From Nitrospirales bacterium (lineage in GTDB: Bacteria; Nitrospirota; Nitrospiria; Nitrospirales; UBA8639): a stretch of DNA of 64,000 nucleotides. The notes beneath the pieces are model-generated. The model had not been told where the DNA came from. It saw only the letters and a list, made by a program, of their open reading frames with translations, and made no database searches. This document shows, piece after piece, positions 57,543-64,000 of the stretch. The stretch spans positions 2,112,735 through 2,176,734 of the forward strand of contig OZ242346.1 in NCBI GenBank assembly GCA_965208595.1, read 5' to 3'. A program made the translations under genes and the position numbers. The first letter of the stretch is position 1. Every line of letters begins with the position of its first letter.

Positions 57543-59546
57543 ATGGACTCCGTCAATGCCGATTCCAAAGTCTACGTGTTGAAGCGTGCCGAGGCACCGC
57601 TCAAACCGCTTTCCCGAGATTACGCACAGGAACTGAATCCCCAGCAGCTCGCCGCGGTGGAAGTCGTCGATGGTCCGGCCCTGGTCATTGCCGGTGCTGG
57701 AAGCGGCAAAACCCGTGTTCTCGTGTATCGCGTGGCCAGGCTGATCGAGACGGGCATCGATCCGGCCTCCATCCTGCTGTTGACGTTCACGCGCAAGGCG
57801 GCCCAGGAAATGTTGGGGCGTGTGGGCCTGCTGATCGGTCCGCAGAGCGACCGGGTGATGGGCGGGACGTTTCATGCCGTGGCGAACGTGCTGCTCCGGC
57901 GTTATGGCCAAACCATAGGTTTGGAGCCGGGCTTTACGATCCTGGATCGCGGCGATTCCGAAGACCTGGTCAACCTCGTTCGCGTCCAAACCGGCCTCAC
58001 GGAGACGGGAAAGCGCTTCCCGCGCAAAAAAACGATTGCCGACTTGTTCAGCAAATGCGCCAATACCATGCAAACGCTCGAGGACGTGCTCTTCACCGAA
58101 TACAATCATTTTGGAGAATTTCTCGGCGAATTGACCAAACTGCAACAAGCGTATGAATCAACCAAGCGCCAGAGGCAGTTGGTCGACTATGATGACCTGC
58201 TGACGCGCCTCCTGGAGCTGCTGACGGTAGATGAACGCGCCCGGCTGATGATCTCGGAGACGTATCGCTACATGTTGGTCGACGAGTATCAGGACACGAA
58301 CCGGCTTCAAGCGGAGGTCGTTCGGAAACTTGCCGCCACCCATGAGAACGTAATGGTCGTTGGGGACGATTCGCAATCGATCTACTCGTTCCGTGGTGCC
58401 ACGTTTCGGAACATCATGGAATTTCCCGAGTTGTTTCCCGGAACCAGAATTTTCAAGCTGGAAGAGAACTACCGGAGCACGCAATCCATCCTTGCGTTGG
58501 CCAACGAGATCATTCAAGGCGCGACGGAAAAATACAGCAAAACGTTGTTCACCCAAAAAGGGCCGGGTGAACGACCAGCCCTGGTCCAAACGGTCGGGGA
58601 GAGTCCCCAGTCACGGTTCGTGGCGCAAAAAATCCTGGAGTTGCGGGAGGAGGGCGTGCCGTTGGATGACATCGCGGTCCTCTTTCGCTCCAGTTTTCAC
58701 GCTTTTGATCTGGAAATCGAATTGGCCAAACGGGACGTCCCGTTTGTCAAACGAGGCGGGTTCAAATTTCTTGAGACCGCCCACGTCAAGGACGTCCTGG
58801 CCCATTTGCGCGTCGTCCATAACCCGCTGGATGCCGTCAGTTGGAACCGTTCGTTGTTGTTGGTCGACGGGGTGGGGCAAAAGCGGGCGAGAGACCTGAT
58901 GACCCAACTCGCGATCAGCGAGGCGCCGTACGAGACGTTACGGCAGGGGGGTGGGCGGGCGGCTATGGGTTTGAGCAACCTGGCCGCGGCCCTGGAGTCG
59001 GTCGGCAGCGTCGAGGATGGATCGCCACCCGATCAGGTCAACCATCTCCTGGAATATTATTATCCGATCCTCAAGGAGCAGTACGACGACTATCCCAAAC
59101 GCATCCGCGATTTGGAGCATCTCCTGGTGATGGCGGAGCGCTATGGGGACCTGGCAGGGTTTCTTGCCGACGTGACGCTCGAACCTCCGGACGAAAGCGT
59201 GACGGATATCGAGGCCCCGGACCGCGATGATGAACGGCTCGTGTTGTCCACCATCCATTCCGCCAAGGGGCTCGAATGGCGATGCGTGTTCGTCATCTGG
59301 CTGGTGGATGGACGCTTCCCCTCCTCCTATTCTTTTCTCACCGATGAAGAACTCGAAGAGGAACGGCGGCTGCTGTACGTCGCGGTGACCCGGGCCAAGC
59401 AGTTTCTCTACCTGACGTTTCCCGTCCAAGTGTATGATAAAATTACGGGATCGGTGCTCTCGAAACCGTCGCGATTTCTCGATGACGTGTCCGCGTCCCT
59501 GGTCGAACCCTGGAACGTGGTTGAACATGGCGAACCCTGGAGGTAA
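57543..59546 (+). CDS. UvrD/PcrA/Rep-family ATP-dependent DNA helicase
   Basis: 'LNPQQLAAV', 'VIAGAGSGKTRVL', 'YMLVDEYQDTN', 'LEENYRST' and 'TIHSAKGLEW'. Confidence 0.9.
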   Translation: MDSVNADSKVYVLKRAEAPLKPLSRDYAQELNPQQLAAVEVVDGPALVIAGAGSGKTRVLVYRVARLIETGIDPASILLLTFTRKAAQEMLGRVGLLIGPQSDRVMGGTFHAVANVLLRRYGQTIGLEPGFTILDRGDSEDLVNLVRVQTGLTETGKRFPRKKTIADLFSKCANTMQTLEDVLFTEYNHFGEFLGELTKLQQAYESTKRQRQLVDYDDLLTRLLELLTVDERARLMISETYRYMLVDEYQDTNRLQAEVVRKLAATHENVMVVGDDSQSIYSFRGATFRNIMEFPELFPGTRIFKLEENYRSTQSILALANEIIQGATEKYSKTLFTQKGPGERPALVQTVGESPQSRFVAQKILELREEGVPLDDIAVLFRSSFHAFDLEIELAKRDVPFVKRGGFKFLETAHVKDVLAHLRVVHNPLDAVSWNRSLLLVDGVGQKRARDLMTQLAISEAPYETLRQGGGRAAMGLSNLAAALESVGSVEDGSPPDQVNHLLEYYYPILKEQYDDYPKRIRDLEHLLVMAERYGDLAGFLADVTLEPPDESVTDIEAPDRDDERLVLSTIHSAKGLEWRCVFVIWLVDGRFPSSYSFLTDEELEEERRLLYVAVTRAKQFLYLTFPVQVYDKITGSVLSKPSRFLDDVSASLVEPWNVVEHGEPWR

Positions 59547-59555
59547 ACAGTCGTG

Positions 59556-60443
59556 ATGCCGGGAACGATGAAATGGATTCTCGCGGTGCTCCTGTTAGGG
59601 GTGGTGTTGGGTCTGACCAGGTTTGCCCACAGTGCTCAGGGTCCCGACAGGACCGTGAATACCTGGCTCAACCTGATTGAACAAGCCGAAGCCCTGCATT
59701 TGCCGACGGCGTTCCTCAAGGAGATCGACCCTGATTTTGTCACGGTGACCTTCGAAGACTTGCGGACCTATGCCGCCGAATATCACCCGGAAGATCATCG
59801 CATGATTTTGAACCTGCGGTTGTCGTTCAACAAGGCCGGTGGAGCGTTGATGGATCTGGAGCGTATGACCCACCATGATATCAGTCTCCTGTATCACGAA
59901 TTGCTTCATTCCTACCTGGATTACATTTTTAATGGTCCGGGGCCCGAGAAGTTGAGTCCCTCGGCCAATCGCGTCTTGGCTTTTGCCCAAGAGCAAATGC
60001 GCTGCCATTACCGTTTCGTGCGCATCAATCCGATTCGCCAGAGGAGGGACATGACGGAAATCCGGTTTCTTTCCGAAGAGGATTCCTGGGAGGTATTGAA
60101 CGAAACATGGGCGGTATTTGTCGGATGGCAAATTTGGACGAAACTGGAACAGCAGGATAACGGGATCGGTCCACGGACCGATCTTTTGATTGATGCGTGG
60201 GCGGCGTTGCTGTCCAAGGCGAATACGAGCGGAGAATTGCTCGGTTATTACGAACCGGATGACCCGGAGGAACGCCGGGTGGCGCGCAAACGGTTTATTG
60301 CGCCCTCCAACGGGCTGACCCCGGAAGGCGCTGAACTCTTACTGGCCGTCGTGTTGGAGGAACCCGATGCCGTCGTCAAGGAAGGTGGCTTTGTCATCAA
60401 GGCCACCAAAGACACCACCGCCGAAACGCTCCCGTGTGAATAG
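59556..60443 (+). CDS. Hypothetical exported protein with an HExxH motif
   Basis: It has a signal peptide (MKWILAVLLLGVVLG) and 'LLYHELLHSYLDY'. Possible starts are at 59553, 59556 and 59568. Confidence 0.55.
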   Translation: MPGTMKWILAVLLLGVVLGLTRFAHSAQGPDRTVNTWLNLIEQAEALHLPTAFLKEIDPDFVTVTFEDLRTYAAEYHPEDHRMILNLRLSFNKAGGALMDLERMTHHDISLLYHELLHSYLDYIFNGPGPEKLSPSANRVLAFAQEQMRCHYRFVRINPIRQRRDMTEIRFLSEEDSWEVLNETWAVFVGWQIWTKLEQQDNGIGPRTDLLIDAWAALLSKANTSGELLGYYEPDDPEERRVARKRFIAPSNGLTPEGAELLLAVVLEEPDAVVKEGGFVIKATKDTTAETLPCE

Positions 60444-60541
60444 TTGAACATATGAGCCCTTTGTCACTCTGGACAGGGATCATTCAAAGATGATAGCGTC
60501 ACTCCAATTGTACTTCAGTTTAGCCTTGCACCGAAAAGAAG

Positions 60542-60617
60542 GCGCCTGTAGCTCAGTGGATAGAGCACTGGCCTCCGGAGCCAGGTGCCGCAGGTTCAAA
60601 TCCTGCCAGGCGCGCCA
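60542..60617 (+). tRNA. tRNA-Arg (anticodon CCG)
   Basis: I folded the cloverleaf by hand. It has a CTCCGGA anticodon loop and an encoded CCA. Confidence 0.95.
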
Positions 60618-60641
60618 TAACAGACGTCTCGCCTCTTGCGT

Positions 60642-60717
60642 GGGTCGTTAGCTCAGCTGGTAGAGCAGCTGACTCTTAATCAGCGGGCCACAGGTTCGAT
60701 CCCTGTACGACCCACCA
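60642..60717 (+). tRNA. tRNA-Lys (anticodon CTT)
   Basis: I folded the cloverleaf by hand. It has a CTCTTAA anticodon loop and an encoded CCA. Confidence 0.95.
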
Positions 60718-60791
60718 TTTTTTTCAATGACTTATGGTGGCTCGATGAAGGAAAGAGAGAATCGAGTCACCATTGAGTCACCATAGCTTAA

Positions 60792-60819
60792 TTGACAAGA
60801 GTTTTGTCGAGTGTATAGT
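60792..60819 (+). promoter_or_regulatory. Sigma70-like promoter of the PanA operon
   Basis: TTGACA, a 16-nt spacer, then TATAGT. Confidence 0.5.
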
Positions 60820-60846
60820 ATGGTCTGCATAAGTGTTATATCGGAC

Positions 60847-60867
60847 TGTACATACACTAAATGTACA
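60847..60867. promoter_or_regulatory. Palindromic candidate operator
   Basis: TGTACAT-N7-ATGTACA, starting 28 nt downstream of the -10 element. Confidence 0.4.
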
Positions 60868-60961
60868 ATCTAATCGCGATTCCTAGCCTCTCTCCATTAA
60901 AGCCTTTCCTGGCCCGGTCCCGATATACTTGGGAATGTGACTTTTCTCGAAGAAAATCGGA

Positions 60962-61492
60962 ATGTCAATAAGTTTTGAGATGAATGAAGACAAGGCCATC
61001 GAGGCCTTGGTTTGGTTAGCAGACAAACAGCTAGGGATCACTCCGTTTTACGTATCAAAAGTTCTGTATTTTGCAGAAAAGGAACACCTCAACCGCTTTG
61101 GCAGGCCCATTCTAGGGGATAGATATATCCGAATGCCATTTGGCCCCGTGCCGTCCAAAACATATGACTTGATTAAGGGCACGAGTCGAAAGAAAAAGTA
61201 CGCCGAGAAATTACGGGAAGCTGTTGATGTTCAGGAAGGGGCTTTGCGTCCACTTCGGAAACCGAACATGGAGATGTTTTCACGCACGGATATAGAATGC
61301 CTGACGAATGCTTTAAGAGAATATGGATGCTTGGAGTTTGGGAAACTTAGCAGAATTTCCCATAGGGAGACTGCTTGGAAGAAGGCCCCAGAAAATGGAG
61401 AGATGGATTACGAAGACATGATCGACCAAAGTCCTAAACAAAAAAAGATTATAGAGAATCTGAGAGAACATGCACGTCAAATTGTACTTTAA
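60962..61492 (+). CDS. Panacea-domain (DUF4065, SocA/PanA-like) antitoxin
   Basis: 'ITPFYVSKVLYFAEKEHLNRFGRPILGDRYIRMPFGPVPSKTYDLIKG'. Confidence 0.8.
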   Translation: MSISFEMNEDKAIEALVWLADKQLGITPFYVSKVLYFAEKEHLNRFGRPILGDRYIRMPFGPVPSKTYDLIKGTSRKKKYAEKLREAVDVQEGALRPLRKPNMEMFSRTDIECLTNALREYGCLEFGKLSRISHRETAWKKAPENGEMDYEDMIDQSPKQKKIIENLREHARQIVL

Positions 61493-61495
61493 GCA

Positions 61496-61849
61496 ATGGA
61501 GTCCTGTGAGGTCTTTTTTCAGCATGTTCGTATCATTGACCCCCCCAAAAAGAAGTTCATACTCTGTATTTGTCCAGAAGAATCCCTTTTCTTTTTCATA
61601 AATTCCGACCCACCGCCCATTGAGGTAGACGCGGGAGTCGAAATTACTCCAAGAGATCTTGATTGTTTGGATCACGTATCTTACGTGGATACATCCAAGA
61701 TAATATGCCTTGCTACACACGAAATAAGCGACAAATCAAATAGAGGCAAAATATCGTTGCCTTTGCGTCGAAAGATCGTGAAATGTGCCAAAGGGCACGG
61801 CATTCTTCCAGAAAGATTCATGCGGATGTTGGAGAATAATTTCCTTTAA
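61496..61849 (+). CDS. Unassigned 117-aa protein, a candidate cognate toxin of the Panacea antitoxin
   Basis: It starts 3 nt after the PanA stop and is AT-rich. I recognise no family. The 'KKKFILCICPEE.LFFFINS' layout is only vaguely like a PemK-type barrel. Confidence 0.55.
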   Translation: MESCEVFFQHVRIIDPPKKKFILCICPEESLFFFINSDPPPIEVDAGVEITPRDLDCLDHVSYVDTSKIICLATHEISDKSNRGKISLPLRRKIVKCAKGHGILPERFMRMLENNFL

Positions 61850-61884
61850 TAAGGAGATCGTGAGCATACGAGTTGCGATTAGCT

Positions 61885-62145
61885 ATGATCGATATAACCT
61901 ATCCTGATATATTGACCATCACGGGTCTGACACTAGATGCGGTTGGCATCGTATTGCTTTTCTGGCATGCGCCAGAGAAACATATTCATCCATGGCTTGA
62001 TGCATACTCTACGCACGTAGGCAAAGAGAAAGAAACGAGTCAAAAGTGGCAGGTTAAACAATCGACAAGGGAAAAAATAGCAAAGCTTAGCGTGCTGATG
62101 ATTGTACTCGGATTCGCCTTGCAGGCTCTTGCTGTCATCTTTTGA
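61885..62145 (+). CDS. Small 2-TM membrane protein
   Basis: Two hydrophobic helices (LTITGLTLDAVGIVLLFW and LSVLMIVLGFALQALAVIF) flank a charged loop. Confidence 0.5.
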   Translation: MIDITYPDILTITGLTLDAVGIVLLFWHAPEKHIHPWLDAYSTHVGKEKETSQKWQVKQSTREKIAKLSVLMIVLGFALQALAVIF

Positions 62146-62148
62146 TAG

Positions 62149-62241
62149 GTTCTTCACAGAGAACTTCCCGCCCTCACCGAGAGCGGGAAGTCGGAGGATC
62201 ACGGCCACGTCGAAGACGTGGATTACGTGGATCATCATTAG
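62149..62241 (+). pseudogene. Possible 3' remnant of a HigB-type toxin gene
   Basis: A 30-codon open stub ends '...EDHGHVEDVDYVDHH*', which resembles the HigB C-terminus ('..EDG.A.DVEIVDYH'). It lies 9 nt upstream of higA and begins directly after a stop codon. Confidence 0.35.
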
Positions 62242-62250
62242 GAGACAGTC

Positions 62251-62538
62251 ATGAGAATGTACAATCCTCCTCATCCTGGCGGGGTGTTGCTCAGACAGTG
62301 GATCGAACCGCTAGGGATTTCCATTACCCATACGGCCAAGCATCTCGGTGTTTCTCGCAAGGCGTTGTCCGAGCTTGTGCACGAGCACAGCGGGGTCAGT
62401 CCGGAGATGGCGGTGAGACTTTCCATTGCGTTCGGGACCAGTGCAGAGCTATGGATGAATATGCAATCCAGTTATGACTTATGGCATGCCGAGCAGCACA
62501 GGACGAAGCTCAAAGTCGAGTCTCTCGTTGCCGGGTAG
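62251..62538 (+). CDS. higA: HigA-family antitoxin (XRE HTH)
   Basis: 'NPPHPGGVLLRQWIEPLGISITHTAKHLGVSRKALSELVHEHSGVSPEMAVRLSIAFGTSAELWMNMQ'. Confidence 0.85.
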   Translation: MRMYNPPHPGGVLLRQWIEPLGISITHTAKHLGVSRKALSELVHEHSGVSPEMAVRLSIAFGTSAELWMNMQSSYDLWHAEQHRTKLKVESLVAG

Positions 62539-62554
62539 CGGAGCGAGAATTCAC

Positions 62555-62595
62555 GCAAGCGGGCAGAATTTTCTGCCCGCTTGCCCTGTTTCTTT
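62555..62595. terminator. Bidirectional hairpin terminator between the convergent genes
   Basis: gcaagcgggcaga-loop-tctgcccgcttgc followed by a T-rich tract. Confidence 0.65.
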
Positions 62596-62616
62596 TTCGC
62601 GAGAGAAAAACGTCCG

Positions 62617-63009
62617 TTACATGCCTCCTTCAAGCATTTTGACGTGGCCCAGCAGGATTTTCGAATTCTGAATGTCCGGATTGTCCTTGCCGAGGTCTTG
62701 AGCCTTCTTAAACTCCATGGCGGCTGCCTTGTGCTGATCCGATTTGTCCAATGCGAGCGCAAGGTTGTAGTGCGCTTCCGCTGACCCTGCATCGGCCTCG
62801 ACCGCTTTCTTGAAGTGGCCGAGCGCCACGTCCCAATGCTCCTGGTTGTAATGCTCGATGCCTTCACTGTTCGCCGCATGGGCCTTGGAGTCAGCCGCGG
62901 TCATGAGCGCCGGTGGGCCGCCGGCAACGGCCGTTCCGATGCCGATTCCACCCATCACAAAACATGCCAGCAAAACAGTGCATGAGATTAGTCTGAAGAA
63001 ACGTTTCAT
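62617..63009 (-). CDS. Exported TPR-like protein
   Basis: It has a signal peptide (MKRFFRLISCTVLLACFVMG) and a TPR-like stretch 'AEAHYNLALALDKSDQHKAAAMEFKKA'. Confidence 0.65.
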   Translation of the reverse strand: MKRFFRLISCTVLLACFVMGGIGIGTAVAGGPPALMTAADSKAHAANSEGIEHYNQEHWDVALGHFKKAVEADAGSAEAHYNLALALDKSDQHKAAAMEFKKAQDLGKDNPDIQNSKILLGHVKMLEGGM

Positions 63010-63124
63010 CACGAAATCTCCTTTTTGGAATTTGAATGAATGGACACAACGTTTATCCACCCATTGGTGAATAAACGGGAACAATGAGCCTCTCGATTCA
63101 GAGCGGATTCAGTGCACGTGAATT

Positions 63125-63691
63125 TTACCAATAGATGAATCGGTACGGCCCGTAAAACCCGTAAGGGCCCCAGTAGGGCCCGGCGTTCCAGTAGGGATTC
63201 CCATAATAGGGGAAGCCGTAGCGCCCGTACCTGGGGGGCAGTTGCCCGGCTTCAGGCCACACCTTGAGGAATTCAATCGTGACCGTCGGATAGGTATAGT
63301 CCATTTCATCGAGCAACTCGGTGGTGGCTCCTGAAATTTTTCCGACGATCGTGATTCGGGTGCCGTTCGGCACCGTCGCCGGATCCAAGAACTCGGTTTG
63401 AAACGCCAGAAAGCGCCCTTGGGACTTCGTGCGGTCCATCGCCGGCTGGTGATTTCTTGCAGTGGGAAGCTGAAGCACGGTCAGCCGGGTGCGCTCCTTG
63501 AGGCGCGTGGCGTCAAGAATTTCCCCACCCAGCACGATGACCTTTCCCACATGAGTCGCCGGCGCTTCCTTGACCTGAGCAAACGAAAGCGTTGAGTCAA
63601 CCTGTTTTTCGATATCCAACGGGATGATCGACTGTCCGGCACAGGCCGGAAGCAATAAAAACACTGCAAGGAGAATTCCGAAACGGGCCAT
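63125..63691 (-). CDS. Slp-family outer-membrane lipoprotein with a Tyr/Gly/Pro-rich tail
   Basis: The lipobox is 'LLLPAC', followed by 'HVGKVIVLGGEILD...RLTVLQLP'. I prefer the ATG at 63691. Confidence 0.75.
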   Translation of the reverse strand: MARFGILLAVFLLLPACAGQSIIPLDIEKQVDSTLSFAQVKEAPATHVGKVIVLGGEILDATRLKERTRLTVLQLPTARNHQPAMDRTKSQGRFLAFQTEFLDPATVPNGTRITIVGKISGATTELLDEMDYTYPTVTIEFLKVWPEAGQLPPRYGRYGFPYYGNPYWNAGPYWGPYGFYGPYRFIYW

Positions 63692-64000
63692 GGCTGATTT
63701 CCCCTGCAAGAGAATACGCGCCTGAAGAGAGTCCCTGACCTGTATTGTTCAGCCTACTCCCACCGTGGGGTTTTCTCAAGTCTTGCCCGGACGAAGGTTG
63801 GGTTGTCGCGTTGAGTGACGTCACCGAACAGAGAGAGTGTCGGGATGAAAGAAGGAACAGAGGGCGCAAAAAAACCTGCCCCCGTCCCGGAACAGGGAGC
63901 ACACGGCTACGGAGACAAATGACGGGTCGTCGGCTGTTTTCGCGGATACGGTTCCTACGAAGCAGACTTGTCCGGCTTGGTCGCAATCGCAAAGTCGAAA

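Noticed and set aside
63955-63999. A possible 3' end of a minus-strand CDS entering from beyond the window ('...FDFAIATKPDKSAS*')
   Set aside because: Only 14 codons are visible, so it cannot be distinguished from chance.

Overview
This is a 64-kb chromosomal window from a moderately GC-rich diderm bacterium. The Tol system, an Slp lipoprotein, a LysM-type lytic transglycosylase and several mono-haem c-type cytochromes support the diderm call. I cannot assign a taxon from sequence alone.

Most of the window is housekeeping: accA, dnaE, nadK, clpC, tsaD, hflX, nth, yicC, gmk, rpoZ, coaBC, pyrE, tolQ/R/A-like/B, mutL, miaA, mtnP, rodZ, a UvrD-family helicase and four tRNAs.

Three patches are visibly AT-richer by eye and look accessory:
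- About 1.9-10.6 kb. It holds an IS110-family element inserted in a REP-like hairpin, a beta-grasp ORF, a COG1373-type ATPase, a trypsin-like protease, and a four-gene minus-strand cassette ending in a stand-alone ComEC-type MBL hydrolase.
- About 28.6-36 kb. It holds hicAB plus an envelope-glycan cluster.
- About 60.7-62.6 kb, next to tRNA-Lys. It holds a Panacea-type antitoxin with an unassigned partner, a 2-TM ORF, and an orphan higA with a possible higB stub.

At least four families of short REP-like hairpin repeats and one 142-bp MITE-like palindrome with 4-bp flanking duplications are scattered through intergenic DNA. They create several false N-terminal ORF extensions.

The best candidates for new biology are:
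- the 6.5-10.6 kb cassette, a possible membrane-sensor plus metallo-nuclease module
- the PanA/ORF117/2-TM operon
- a putative bridge RNA in the IS110 non-coding end, whose loop sequences match both the mapped insertion site and the element terminus

All functional calls rest on motif recognition by eye. No homology search or folding program was run.
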